Positions 23,867 to 36,569 of a stretch of 64,000 nt of DNA are shown piece after piece; position 1 is the stretch's first letter, and each line of letters starts with the position of its first letter. A model generated the notes under the pieces. It did no database searches, had not been told where the DNA came from, and saw only the letters and a list, made by a program, of their open reading frames with translations. A program made the position numbers and the translations under genes. The stretch is from Octopus sinensis (lineage: Eukaryota): the NCBI RefSeq assembly GCF_006345805.1, contig NC_043004.1, positions 93,124,001-93,188,000 on the forward strand, read 5' to 3'.

Positions 23867-25165
23867 TCTTGTTGAAAGGAAAGGCTCTTAGTAATGAAAA
23901 ACAAGTCATGTAGTATTATGGAAAACTTGAGAAGCAACACATCAATTTACAATAGTGAATGGAGTTATTCTCACAGGAAGAACACGTTTTTGCTTTTTAT
24001 GATAGCATATGCTTTGAATAGTCCATTGTTTGGGTTAACTTCTTTTGTTTTGTTTTTGCATAATTTTGTTTACCTCCAGTGCAGTTGTAGTAAGGAGTGT
24101 TCAATCCAAAAAAACATTGTCAATTGTCAATGTTTTTTGGATTGTAATTCAAATTCATACAACGCTGACCTTCCTGACCCTCAACTTGTTTAGCTCATTA
24201 ACATAAAGATCTTTAACAATAGAACAGTGTTAAGTACATGAAACAATGAAGAAACAAAAAACGTTAGGTGCCACAAAATAAATAAATTTTTAAAGAGTAG
24301 AATTTTCACTGACGATATTGTAGGTGGTGTTGCTTTGAAGGATAAACCCACACAAAATGAACTGGAAGAAAACGCATTGAAAAATTTTTTAATCCTGTTT
24401 GCCTGGAGATAAGTTTGGCAAGGTGCTCGTAGACAAACCTGTTAAATTATATCAACGGTGTGAAACCGGATATTAAAGGCATAAGTGAAGTGATGGTGAC
24501 CTTACTCGATTATGAAAAGAATGAGGGGTAAATGGCCGGATTGGTTGATTATCATACGAAATAACCTGAGTTCAAGTCCTGCTCAGGAAAAATGATGTGC
24601 GTGTGTGTACGTGGTGTATGAAAGTGTATAGATGTGTAGAAGTATGATGGCGCTTGGGTATTCGGGGTTGTGGTGTGTAATAGGTGAGTATTATAAAGGT
24701 GTCGAAGAAATGCAGTCTATAGGGTGGCAAAAGCAAGGAGACGGGTGCTATGTGCTTAAACAAAGGTAAGTAGGGCGGTAGAAAAACTTTTTTTCAGACG
24801 TGCGGCTAAAACAGGGAAACAGATACTAAAATTCGAATATGAGGGGAGAAAAGTTTGAGATGGTCAGATTCCGAGCAAAGAAGTCAGAGAAGATTGTAAG
24901 AAGACCGAAAAATTGGTAAAAAGAATTCGAGATGGTTAAAAAAATTCCGCCAAGATGGCACAATGGTGAAATAACGTAGATGCTGGGTGAAAAATATATG
25001 GTTTTGGTAAGCATGTGCTGCGGGAAGAAGGAAAATAGCTGACGGGAGAAGTAGAGAAGAACAAAAGTGGCTTCGCTTTGGGAAGAGAGTGAACACAAGG
25101 TAAGTGAAGAAGCAGAAGTATGTGTGTGTGTCAAAGAGACAAGATGGTTCGTGAATAGACGTGTA

Positions 25166-25539
25166 TCTCTCTACTCTTTTACTTGTTTCAGTCATTTGAC
25201 TGCGGCCATGCTGGAGCACCGCCTTTAATCGAGCAACTTGACCCCGGGACTTATTCTTTTGTAAGCCCAGTACTTATTCTATCGGTCTCTTTTGCTGAAC
25301 CGCTGGGTAACGGGGACATAAACACACCAGCATCGGTTGTCAAGAAACGCTAGGGGGACAAACACACACACGCATATATATATACATATATACGACGGGC
25401 TTCTTTCAGTTTCCGTCTACCAAATCCACTCACAAGGCTATAGTAGAAGACACTTGCCCAAGGTGCCATGCAGTGGGACTGAACCCGGAACCATGTGGTT
25501 GGTAAACAAGCTACTTACCACACAGCCACTCCTGCGCCT
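25166..25539 (-). mobile_element. SINE family A, full length
   Basis: Head AGGCGCAGGAGTGGCTGTGTGG, core, short internal microsatellite, tail. Confidence 0.9.
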
Positions 25540-26728
25540 ATGTGTATGTTTATGTTACTGAATGATGTGTCTGGCCAAAGAGTGTACGTATGAGATAGTG
25601 TCAGTGAGTGTGAGGGTACGTGAAGTCGGGGAAGTTGTGCTTCACTGCATCCTATTTTCTGCTATTAGTTACTTGAAAAAGTGCAACTGGCCCTATATAA
25701 CCCTCACCACTGTATACAAATCGTATTTATAGATAGTCTTAAAGGTTTCAGTATAGATCTGTCTTAACAACTAATTGTAAGGATTCGAACCCTAGCCGCA
25801 AGATATTCAGTTAGGAATCACGAGTGAGCCACCACAATTTCACGTGACGTAATATGGTTCAACAGTGGCGTGATATGGTGCCTCAGATGATCTAAAATTC
25901 GCCCTTTCTTTTTCACCCTATAAAAACCGTTTCGCGCCTAACTCAACCAGACGGCCTCGGTAAACCGCTAAGGCAGACAGCTTTGGGCATTCGCGCAGAC
26001 CACCTTGGACACTCATAAAAGGTGGACTCTAAGACCAGACAATCTTGAGCACTCGAACAGACCACACCGAGCAAGAAACGATTTCAGACATCATGACATA
26101 CCACGGCTAGCCTACTACAAAACAGTGCAGTTCTCTTCCAACTGGTGGTTATATTATCAACATCTTTCTTTTGTAAATAGCCAACGCAGTAAATCATGTC
26201 CTGCAATGAATATGTTCAAAGTTTGCTTCATTTATACATGCAGCCAGCTAGACCTCACGACGTCGGTCTCCACCACAACCAAATATCTGCCTCATGACAT
26301 AACCCACTTGTTTGGTGGCAAATCTCGAGACACAATCATATGTCCGCACACATACACGCATATACACATCGCATTAACACCATATATTATAAGCACACTA
26401 CATATATACAGAGATAGTTAACATTTATATTTTCTATGTGAGCGTGACAATATTGTTTGACAGCTGAGCAGAATCACGAAGTACCTAAACCGAAAATAGA
26501 ACACTGTTCATGTGAGCTACATCTTTTTATTTCATCACATTATGATAGGAAGATGAGATTTAAAATGGCTTTTCATAGTTACTAGAACCGTGTTAGAATG
26601 ATAATCAACCAATGGTTTAAATTTTAGATCTATTGAAGCTTTACCACCAAGAAGTGGGTGGTCGCCATTCTTTTGCAATCATGAATAATGGAACGTTTCT
26701 TCTTTAAAAATGGAATTTAATTTTGATA

Positions 26729-27129
26729 TCTTTATATATAAAAGTGAAGTTGTGTGTCTGTCTCCTACGATTTAGATTCCTAACTACTCCCACATTTTGC
26801 AGTGCAGTGTAACCAAAAGTGGGTATCTTATAGTCGTGATTCATATAGAGCCCTTCTGGGTATTAGCGCGCGTCTACGATGAGTCTACGATTTTAAAAAA
26901 AATTTACCATCATTTTTTCCCATTTTAAATGCATTTTTTTTGCTATTATATAAGGGAAGTAACTCTCTAAAAATGTATTATTAAATCTCAGAACGTAAAA
27001 AGCTACAGTAACACCCCCCCCCCCTTTGTGGTTAGCCATATTGAGATGGCTATTATACTTTACATCCCTAAAAATGCTTATATAGTTATTTCCCTTACAA
27101 ACCCGATCAACGCCGGGCGATACGGCTAG
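26729..27129 (+). mobile_element. Non-autonomous Helitron
   Basis: A|TCTTTATATATAAAAGTGAAG 5' end; 3' hairpin CCCGATCAACGCCGGG then CTAG|T; no TSD; second copy at 45949. Confidence 0.88.
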
Positions 27130-28727
27130 TTCGTTTCTAAAACAGGCATGATCCAACCACTTTGAAAATTTTCCGCGCAGTGTATCCTTCTATATCATTA
27201 ATATTTTTAGAAAAGCTGAAAGAGTAGCCGCAGCCTCTGTCGGCAATTGCTCTATAACGAATATAGGTACTTGCTCTATTACCTATTATGTATATGAGTC
27301 CTTGCACTATTATGCATGCAAACATACATACATACATACATACACGCACACATACATACATACATACATACATACATAGTATACTGTTCCGTGAAAGTAG
27401 GATCAACAAAAAAGTACTCCATATTTGTCCAGAGATGAATGTATGTTTAATGAACACAATATATACTTTTAGAAGCTACTAATAGTTTCATGCAACAAAA
27501 GCATCACAGACACGTCTGGTGCTATCATGCAATCTTCAGGCTGTGCTCACATGGCATATACAAGATAAAACATGACTATAGAATAAGAGAAAATACGAGA
27601 AAAGGCCAGAAAGTGGATGGTTGAAAAAACTGGAAAACGAAAAAGAAAAAAGGGAAAGAATTAAAATCATGACTGTGAATGGATAGGGTCTACAGTCTGC
27701 GGTACAGCCGCGCAATCTGGAGAAAGTGGTATTCGCCAGCAAGAACTTATCTATATATTTACATTTGATGAAAATTTCAGATCTGGAATTCGGCAGTGCG
27801 ATGGAGTTCTTAAACCTGAAAAGGATCTGAGATCTTTCAGCTTCGTATAGCTCGCATTTTTTTTTTTTTTTTTTTTTGATCGACTAACATATGACATAGA
27901 TTTCTCCATGCTATATTTTCCACTTGATTGGTATGTGGTGTGGAAAATAGTTTCGAAACTGACTGTCTTCATAAGAGTTAGTTGTCTGCTTTATTTTAAC
28001 TTACATACTTCACTCTGGCTACATTTATTTATTTATTTATTTATGTGTTTGTTTGTTTGTTCCCAGTTTATTGTAATTTTTACCTAATACCAGATAGACA
28101 ACTCTTAGGTGGAAAATTTAAAAGAAAATATTTTGCACTCAGTACATCGGCAGAGAGTAGACTTGTGAGAATTTGAAGTGGATTGATAAAAAGCAAAGAG
28201 ATCTTGCATATTTGCATTGTTTTGTATCTATTAAATAGTTTCGTTCTTTGCTTTTCATTATTTCTTTTATATTGCCGTGCCATAAAAGAGTTAAGTCGCC
28301 ATGAAATAGACGGTAGATATGTAAAGATTGTATCTTAGGTGTCCATTGTGAAATACAAGAAGTTGAATGAGCAAGTATATTTGTTCGAAATTTCTTTTTC
28401 CTTTCTTCCTTTGTACTGAATTGAAAAACGTAATAGGTTTTTACAAAAGAAAGAAAAGAATAAGAAAAATGAAACGAAAATCCAGTATATATTTGTAATT
28501 ACGTGTGTGTATGTATGTATGTATGAGTGTGTATGTGTATGATATATATATACGCGCATGCGCTGCCTAACAGATATGGCTGTCATTTCTGTGTTATTCA
28601 ATCTGCGGTTGAATAATTGCCAAGATTCAGTAAGAGACCATTGGCACTGCATTAACACCCATCATTCTATTTATTCAATCAACAGAAATTATTCCTCAGG
28701 TGTGTGCGTGCGTGTGTATATATATAT

Positions 28728-28761
<34 letters not shown>

Positions 28762-28931
28762 ATATATATATATATTTGAATGTATGAGTGTATGTATGTA
28801 TAAACGTATATGTGTATATATGTATATATGTCCGCACATAATCCGTTGTACAGATGTATGATGATCAATATGCAAATATTTGTAGGCATACATACGCACA
28901 TACATACATACATACATACATACATACATAC

Positions 28932-30457
28932 TGTTATGTGTGTAGTTTTGGGTTCTAATGGGATAGACAACCAAATGAAAACCATTGTTATTCTTACGTG
29001 TTTATTGACTTTACATGTTACACGGACGACGACATTCAGCGTAGTAATACATTATATACTTTACACACAGTTGTACTGTTCACTAACAAAATAGTGCCAA
29101 GAGTGGGGATGTAGTTTGGCATACGCAAACACATAGATATGAATGTGTAACATCCCTTCTTCTTGAAAAAAAAAAGGGTTCTTCTGGCAGTGAAGACAAC
29201 TATGAGTAGTCTCCCCTGCTCCTTTTCTTTTCTTTAACGGTATCGAACCGGTGGCAGAATGTTCTTTCTCCATCTGGTGGATCTTGTGCTTCGCACCAGT
29301 GTCTGAGGTGTGTTGTTGGGCTGCTGATAGGTGGTTGGTGCACGTTGGGGTGATGATTCTGTGGGTGTTGTCACTAATGCAGCAGGTGTTGTACACGTTG
29401 TCCTCAACAGCTCTGGTGTTGGGCGGATGTGGGCCCTGTTGCGTCTCAGCTGCCTACCAGATTCCGTTTCTATTATATATGATCTTGGGGTTTCAGCTCT
29501 ACTGACAACCTGTGCCGTGATCCATGTTTTAGTTATGGGATCTTGAGTATGCACATGTTGTCCTCCAAGTATCTCAGGTAAACATTGTGCATGTTTGTTG
29601 TAATACCTCTGTGATTGTTCTTGAGTGGCTGCTAGCTTTGCCCTCGTCTCTTCCTGGTCAATAGGAGGTTGGATCTTAGTTGGCAGGGTAGTTTTGTACT
29701 TCCTGCCATTCAGCAATTCTGCTGGGGATTTCATATCAGCTCTCAGTGGTGTCGCTCGTAGGGACAGAAGTGCCAGGTGTGGGTCTTTCTTAGTCTCTCG
29801 GCATTTGACTAGTGTTCTCTTCACTGTCTGCACCTGTCTTTCTATAAACCCATGACCTTTGGGGGTAGTGTGGAGATGAAGTTGTAATATTGAATACTCA
29901 TCAGCTAGCTTTTTGAATTCTTGTGATGTGAACTGGGTTCCATTGTCACATATGATTTGCTCTGGTATTCCTTGCTCTGCTAGGAGTCCTCGAGCCACTG
30001 TAGTGATTGTTTTGGCTGTCAGGTCTTTCACTTTTCTCACAAATGGAAATTTGGAGTAGTAGCAGGCCATTATTAAATACCATTCTTGGCCCTCTGTGAA
30101 TAGATCTACTCCAATAGTTTGCCATGGCCTTCTTGGGATGTCACTAGATATCATTTCCTCCTTTTGTTGTGAGGTTTCCTCTTTGATTTCCACTAGCTTA
30201 TCGGTTGTCACATTTACAATGTGGTGGACCTTTCTGCTTAGTCCGTCCATCTCCTTTTTGTTTGTGATTGCTACCACCATGTTATGTGTGTAGTTTTGGG
30301 TTCTAATGGGATAGACAACCAAATGAAAACCATTGTTATTCTTACGTGTTTATTGACTTTACATGTTACACGGACGACGACATTCAGCGTAGTAATACAT
30401 TATATACTTTACACACAGTTGTACTGTTCACTAACACATAGATATGAATGTGTAACA
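28932..30457 (-). mobile_element. Internally deleted Gypsy-type LTR retrotransposon (integrase only)
   Basis: TG...CA LTRs at 28932-29152 (221 bp) and 30280-30457 (178 bp). Minus-strand PBS-like TGGTGGTAGC abuts the 5' LTR; PPT AAGAAGAAGGGA abuts the 3' LTR; CATAC flanks on both sides (within a CATA microsatellite). Confidence 0.9.
29234..30322 (-). CDS. Retroviral-type (rve) integrase ORF, 362 aa
   Basis: PWQTIGVDLF...YYSKFP...GIPEQIICDNGTQFTSQEF...GHGFIERQVQTVK...SPAELLNGRK; D-D-E triad present; a compensating -1/+1 frameshift masks the ITTSSPHYP motif. Confidence 0.85.
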   Translation of the reverse strand: MVVYPIRTQNYTHNMVVAITNKKEMDGLSRKVHHIVNVTTDKLVEIKEETSQQKEEMISSDIPRRPWQTIGVDLFTEGQEWYLIMACYYSKFPFVRKVKDLTAKTITTVARGLLAEQGIPEQIICDNGTQFTSQEFKKLADEYSILQLHLHTTPKGHGFIERQVQTVKRTLVKCRETKKDPHLALLSLRATPLRADMKSPAELLNGRKYKTTLPTKIQPPIDQEETRAKLAATQEQSQRYYNKHAQCLPEILGGQHVHTQDPITKTWITAQVVSRAETPRSYIIETESGRQLRRNRAHIRPTPELLRTTCTTPAALVTTPTESSPQRAPTTYQQPNNTPQTLVRSTRSTRWRKNILPPVRYR

Positions 30458-30834
30458 CATACATACATACATACATACATACATACATACGGACGGACGG
30501 ACGGACGGACGGACGGACGGACGGACAGACAGACAGACAGACAGACAAGCAAATAGAGAGACGGGCAGGCAGAGTGACAGACGACCGGGCAAGGCTACAT
30601 TTATGTACTGCTTCACTGATAAATGTAGTCCATTGACTCTGGTTCAGACTCATTCAGTGTTCAGGTGAATAACGTTGTGAATTATACCATTTTCTTATTG
30701 TTTTCTTTTGAAAGAGATGTTGTACAGTTAAACTTGATTGCACAAATTTCAAAGTTTATAGCAACACCCAGATCAGATGAATGTAAAACAACTATATTTT
30801 TCCTTCATCTTTCACGCATAGCGTATGTTTAGGT

Positions 30835-31224
30835 GGAGGCGCAATGGCCCAGTGGTTAGGGCAGCGGACTCGCGGTCATAGGATCGCGGTTTCGATTCCC
30901 AGACTGGGCGTTGTGAGTGTTTATTGAGCGAAAACACCTAAAGCTCCACGAGGCTCCGGCAGGGGATGGTGGTGATCCCTGCTGTACTCTTTCACCACAA
31001 CTCTCTCTCTCTCTTACTCTCTCTCTCTCTGTTGTACCTGTATTTCAAAGGGCCGGCCTTGTCACTCTCTGTGTCACGCTGAATATCCCCGAGAACTACG
31101 TTAAGGGTGCACGTGTCTGTGGAGTGCTCAGCCACTTACACGTTAATTTCACGAGCAGGCTGTTCCGTTGATTCGGATTAACCGGAACCCTTGTCGTCGG
31201 AACCGACGGAGTAGAGAAGAGAAG
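30835..31224 (+). mobile_element. tRNA(Arg)-like SINE family B, tail variant 1
   Basis: GGAGGCGCAATGGCCCAGTGG...GGTTTCGATTCCC head; 10-bp TSD ATGTTTAGGT at 30825-30834 and 31225-31234. Confidence 0.93.
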
Positions 31225-32031
31225 ATGTTTAGGTTATATTAGAATTAACTTTCGTGTAACCGGGCATTGCCTGGGCTTACCCTGACTTAGCTTCATAACT
31301 GGTCACAGTCAAGACGCTTTGAATCAATTGATCAATGGAATAAATCTGATCTGAGATTAAACAACAACTATAAACCTTCAGAGATCATTGGGACACTGTT
31401 GAAGACTTCATCTTCTTGTTGCGAGTTAGTATCACTAGTTTTTTTAAGAAACTGGCATGAGAGCTGAAGTGAGTACGAGAAGCTCACACAGACTAATAGG
31501 CTATTTGGTAAGTTTATTGAACTGTCATTGCTTACATCATCAGATTATTCCTCAAGTAGGTTGCCTATCCACAGCTAAGTGGAATGGGGTTTATTTTAAG
31601 TTAAATGCCTTGAGCAAGAATACAAAATATTGGCGATGATGAAATGCGAACTACTAACATTTCGATTGGCTGTCGAGTATCCTTTACACTTGAAATAACC
31701 ACAATAAAAAATATGCATCTTCTATAGCAGCCGACAAAGAATTTAAAGCCGTGTTTGATAAAGATTTTATCTAACAAGGAATAAAATACCCGTATAATGA
31801 ATGTACTTAGAATCAATTCATAATAAACTAGCAGGACCAGGCGGGTAGCCAAGTTTAAAAGTTAGGGGTAGCGAACACTTAAAAAAAGGCGCTGTTGCAC
31901 ATACCAAATAATTTTAAACTCATTTCTCTTATAATATCCGAAATATTTTATTAGCTATAATAAACGTAAGTGTATTCTACATTCATTAATTTCATGTATC
32001 AGTAAAACTGTCACTATGTACGAAACTTGTA

Positions 32032-32290
32032 GAGGTGCGTGGTTTAGTGGTTAGGGTGTCAGCACCATGATCGTAAGATTGTGGTTTCGATTCCTGGACC
32101 GGGCGACGCGTTGTGTTCTTGAGCAAAACACTTCATTTCACGTTGCTCCAGTCCACTCAGCTGGCAAAAATGAACAACGCTGCGACGGACTGGCGTTCCA
32201 TCCAACTGGGGAACACATACGCCATAGAAAACGGGAAACCGGGCCCATGAGCCTGGCTAGGCTAGGCTTTAAAAGGGCGCACTTATCTTA
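32032..32290 (+). mobile_element. SINE family D
   Basis: GAGGTGCGTGGTTTAGTGGTTAGGG...GGTTTCGATTCC...TGTGTTCTTGAGCAAAACACTT...CACTCAGCTGGCAAAAATG. Confidence 0.82.
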
Positions 32291-32612
32291 TTTTTATGTA
32301 CGAAACTTACAACTGATATAGGTAACTAAAGAGTTAAAAACATTGGTGAAAAGGCGCCAATTTTGGAAAATGTGCTTATGGGGAGCAGTCGCTCTCCCTA
32401 CTAGCTATGTCACTGAACAGGACTTGTTGGGCCAACAGGCTTTTGGGATCTGACGATACGCCATAAAGCTAAATCGTTTATGGACGGGAAACCTAAGGTA
32501 ATCCCATAAACCGGCTTTCCCCACTTTTAATAAACAGTGCTCTACATCTTAGAGTGTACTTCTTTCGGATTTGTGTTTTTTACAAATGATATGTGTGTGC
32601 ATACGTGCGTGC

Positions 32613-32648
<36 letters not shown>

Positions 32649-33740
32649 ACATGCACACAATATATATATATATATAATATGCATGTTTTAAAAAATGTAC
32701 GAAAGTGCTTACACATAATACGAAAACTCCATTCCAAAAGGCTCGTGTCATTCTGTTTTTCTAAGAAAATTTTTAAATAGTTAATAAATTTCAAGAAACT
32801 TTTTAAAGGATCGTGGGTAAGGCCAGAACAATGTGAAGTAAATGCAAAGCAAATCACAAGAAAACAAATATATGAATTAATGCAGACTCATCTTGTATTC
32901 AATATTTCGGGGTTATGACCCCATTTTCAAGAAATTAGCGAATGTTGCCGATCTGCGTGTGTGGAGTCTGCATGCGTGTGCGTTTATATATATATATTAT
33001 ATATATATATATACACATACACACACATATATTAGGAAATGGTCAGAATGCCACACAGTGGATTGAACCCGGAACCATTTATGAAGAGACTTTAAACTAC
33101 GTTCAAGAGACTTAAAACCAGGTGCATGGTAACTGTTTACATTTGAAAACCAGATTGACTTAAATGTAATCTAATATGGCTGCCTACAAGAAAATTTTAT
33201 TGGTTTAACGTCTTTTCAACGTCTATATTTTCTTACAAGAAATACCAGAAGCAAAATAATACGCTCTGGAAGTTATTGGGTAGCATAATAATAGTTTGAC
33301 GCCAAACTATAAATAAATAAATACATTTATTGCTGATAATAATATGTATCAGAGTAAAAGTAGATACTTATAGTTCACAACAATCGTTGCAATAAAAGGT
33401 AGCAACAACAGCCAAACTGCTCCTACTGCTGTCTTTAACAAAAGGAAAGGTCACATTAGACAATTAATTCGTAGATATACAACGTTTTAACACTTATTGT
33501 TATAGATCTGCTGAATCAGGGCTGAGCTAGTGTTGAGTTATAAAATATACAGGTCATTTTATATATGTCATTCTATATATTATATGGTAGCCTCAACGTG
33601 AACGCTCAACATGAACGCTCAACTTGCTAAAAAATATTATTATACTATTTTATAATAAGAACGAAATAAGAGACCGGATTGATCACAGTTGATGCACCTT
33701 TGATCATTCGTTTGTTGGATCAGAGCTAAACAACTACAAT

Positions 33741-34136
33741 TTTTTTTTTTTAAGCACTCCGTCGGTTACGACGACGAGGGTTCCGGTTGATCCGAATCAA
33801 CGGAACAGCCTGCTCGTGAAATTAACGTATAAGTGGCTGAGCACTCCACAGACACGTGTACCCTTAACGTAGTTCTCGGGGATATTCAGCGTGACACAAG
33901 AGAGGGACAAGGCCGGCCCTTTGAAATACAGGTACAACAGAAACAGGAAGTAAGAGTGAGAGAAAGTTGTGGTGAAAGGGTACAGCAGGGATCACCACCA
34001 TCCCCTGCCGGAGCCTCGTGGAGCTTTTTAGGTGTTTTCGCTCAATAAGCACTCACAACGCCCGGCCTGGAAATCGAAACCGCGATCCTGTGACCGCGAG
34101 TCCGCTGCCCTAACCACTGGGCCATTGCGCCTCCAC
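33741..34136 (-). mobile_element. SINE family B, tail variant 1, poly(A) end
   Basis: 11-bp TSD ACAACTACAAT at 33730-33740 and 34137-34147. Confidence 0.93.
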
Positions 34137-34189
34137 ACAACTACAATAGCAACACTGCAAATGAAGAAACCTCTAAAAGCAAGTCTTAC

Positions 34190-34480
34190 GAGAATCATAT
34201 GGTCGAGTGGTTAGGTTGTTGCACTCACGTTCGCTTGATCGTGGTTTCAATTTCTAGACCGAGTGACACGTTGTACTCTTGAGCAAAACACTTCATCTCA
34301 CGTTGCTCTGCAATCAATTAGACACCTGATGCGTGATACACCATGCACCCGCTCGGGAAACGTCGATTTGATGGAGAGAGCGAGCTAATGTGTGGCATGA
34401 ACAGTTGATCACTATAAACAAATCATTTGTGTAGGTCGTTCGGCAAAAACTGAACACTCATACACCGTCTTCGACGAGAG
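34190..34480 (+). mobile_element. SINE family D head/core with a different tail
   Basis: TGGTCGAGTGGTTAGG...TTGTACTCTTGAGCAAAACACTTCATCTCACGTTGCTC. Confidence 0.65.
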
Positions 34481-34548
34481 AGTCCATTACTATCTTTATT
34501 AAAACGTTACATTGAACAATGTAGTCATAAGTACATTATATCTGATTA

Positions 34549-34930
34549 GGAGGCGCAATGGCCCAGTGGTTAGGGCAGCGGACTCGCGGTCATAGGATCG
34601 CGGTTTCGATTCCCAGACCGGGCGTTGTGAGTGTTTATTGAGTGAAAACACCTAAAGCTCCACGAGGCTCCGGCAGGGGATGGTGGTGATCCCTGCTGTA
34701 CTCTTTCACCACAACTTTCTCTCACTCTTACTTCCTGTTTCTGTTGTACCTGTATTTCAAGGGGCCGGCCTTGTCACTCTCTGTGTCACGCTGAATATCC
34801 CCGAGAACTACGTTAAGGGTGCACGTGTCTGTGGAGTGCTCAGTCACTTACACGTTAATTTCACGAGCAGGCTGTTCCGTTGATTCGGATCAACCGGAAC
34901 CCTCGTCGTCGTAACCGGCGGAGTGCTTCC
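34549..34930 (+). mobile_element. SINE family B, tail variant 1
   Basis: 11-bp TSD ATATCTGATTA at 34538-34548 and 34931-34941. Confidence 0.93.
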
Positions 34931-35039
34931 CATATCTGATTAAAAGACAGGATGGTCGTAGTAGGAAAACATTTTATTGTAGTCTATTCGATTGGAGCCA
35001 AACAATAAATGTCTAATGAGTCTTAGTTGATACTTTTAA

Positions 35040-35505
35040 ATAATAAATAATTATAAATGAAATTATTGTATACAGTGCTCAGGTGCACCACAACTTGTCA
35101 AAAGTGCATATAAAGCATATGCAGTAATGTACAAATGTCTGGAAAGCGAACAATGTATGAGTCAGATACATGCTTGCGTGTGCATGGAGGGGAGAAAATC
35201 AGGTGTAGTGTTGGCGAATCTCAGGAAGCATGGAAGTTTTGAAGGATGCAGTGCTCCGACAACTAACAACTGATGCCGGTAGTCTGTTCCATGCTTCAGC
35301 AACTCTCAGCGTGAAAAAATGTTTCCTAAAGTCATGGGAGCTGTGCTGTTTTCTGACTTTGTAAATATGTCCACGGGTGTTAGACGGGTGGAGTTTGAAA
35401 AGGTGCTCAGAGTTATTGTTTGTCAGATGGTTAATAATTTTATGGGTGTCTGCCAAGTCAGCTGCCAGACGTCGGAGTTTGAAGTCAGCACAAGATCAAC
35501 CTGAT
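35040..35505 (-). mobile_element. CR1/L2-clade LINE 3' fragment
   Basis: Minus ...NTRGHIYKVRKQHSSHDFRKHFFTLRVAEAWNRLPASVV..., the typical CR1 ORF2 C-terminus, followed by 3' UTR. Confidence 0.85.
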
Positions 35506-35660
35506 TGGATACATTGGTGGTGACGGTGAGAAATAATTTCCTCAAGGTATTGTAAACAATATTCTTAATCTGTGAACTTCTTGGGATGGGAGGGGGTTAT
35601 TTAAGAAATGTGTGTCAAAGGGTATGAAGGGACACACCAAGAAGAGTGCTACTGTTCACT

Positions 35661-35912
35661 TTCTTTTATTTTTTTATTCTTTTATTTGTTTCAGTCATTT
35701 GACTGCAGCCATGCCGAAGCACCGCCTTTAGTCGAGCAAATCGACCCCAGGACTTATTCTTTGTAAGCCTAGTACTTATTCTATCGGTCTCTCTTGCCGA
35801 ATCTCTAAGTGACGGGGGCGTAAACACACCAGCATCTGTTGTCAAGCGATTTGGGGGGGGGATAGACATACAAACACATACATACATACATACATACATA
35901 CATACATACATG

Positions 35913-35953
<41 letters not shown>

Positions 35954-36112
35954 ATACGTCGGGCTTCTTTCAGTTTCCGTCTACCAAATCCACTCACAAG
36001 GCTTTGGTCGGCCCGAGGCTATAGTAGAAGACACTTGCCTAAGGTGCCACGCAGTGGGACTGAACCCGGAACTATGTGGTTAGTAAGCAAGCTACTTTAC
36101 CACACAGCCACT
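35661..36112 (-). mobile_element. SINE family A, full length
   Basis: Head, core, (CATA)(TA) microsatellite, tail. Confidence 0.9.
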
Positions 36113-36569
36113 TATATATCTCTTTCGCACAAAACTGGCAAATCTCCTACCAATCATGCAATCCCAAGCACAGAAGGTTCAGATATTAGAGTACAGTAGA
36201 AAGAGCTGAATTGTGTTAGTGATCCCTGATGAGATATAAACGCACTGAAACTTATCGGTTTGATATTCATCCCAAGCATCTGAAATGGCAGTGGAGTAGG
36301 AAAGGGAGAAAGGAGTCAAAACTGTTTGGAGAGTTTGTGTGTCAGTCAGGGATATAGTCATTTATTTTTCTGCGTATCAAATGTTCTTATGGACCTGGAT
36401 TACAAAATTTTGAACTCAGATGTAGCACTAGGCATGATGTAACGATCACAGAGTCCATGATAGACTGCACTTCCAGTCATTCTCAGGTTTCATTCAGAAA
36501 ACCTTCTCATCTGAAAACCATTGTTAGTACGCAGATTATTTTTCATCCAGGTCCTTGTCGAATATTCAA

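Noticed and set aside
24102-24144. 17-bp inverted repeat CAATCCAAAAAAACATTG...CAATGTTTTTTGGATTG
   Set aside because: Too short for a pre-miRNA and largely homopolymer-driven; no further support.
27500-28340. Open frames and splice-like sites on both strands (27536-27820 minus, 28067-28167 plus, 28082-28330 minus)
   Set aside because: Mutually incompatible models with no recognisable protein family; cannot be supported without transcript data.
30458-30546. Compound microsatellite (CATA)n-(CGGA)n-(CAGA)n; also (ATCC)n-(AGCC)n at 47455-47560
   Set aside because: Ordinary slippage of point-mutated units; no evidence of function.
30835-30910. tRNA-like sequence with A and B boxes and a TCG anticodon-like loop
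   Set aside because: It is the head of a multi-copy SINE with TSDs, not a tRNA gene (no proper acceptor stem).
36226-36275. CTGATGA...GAAA spacing suggestive of a hammerhead
   Set aside because: Helix II does not pair beyond one base and the helix III/NUH register fails.
36180-36560. Decayed coding-like sequence (AISDAWDEY, faintly like Merlin/ISXO2 transposase)
   Set aside because: Many stops and only a weak motif resemblance; not supportable.
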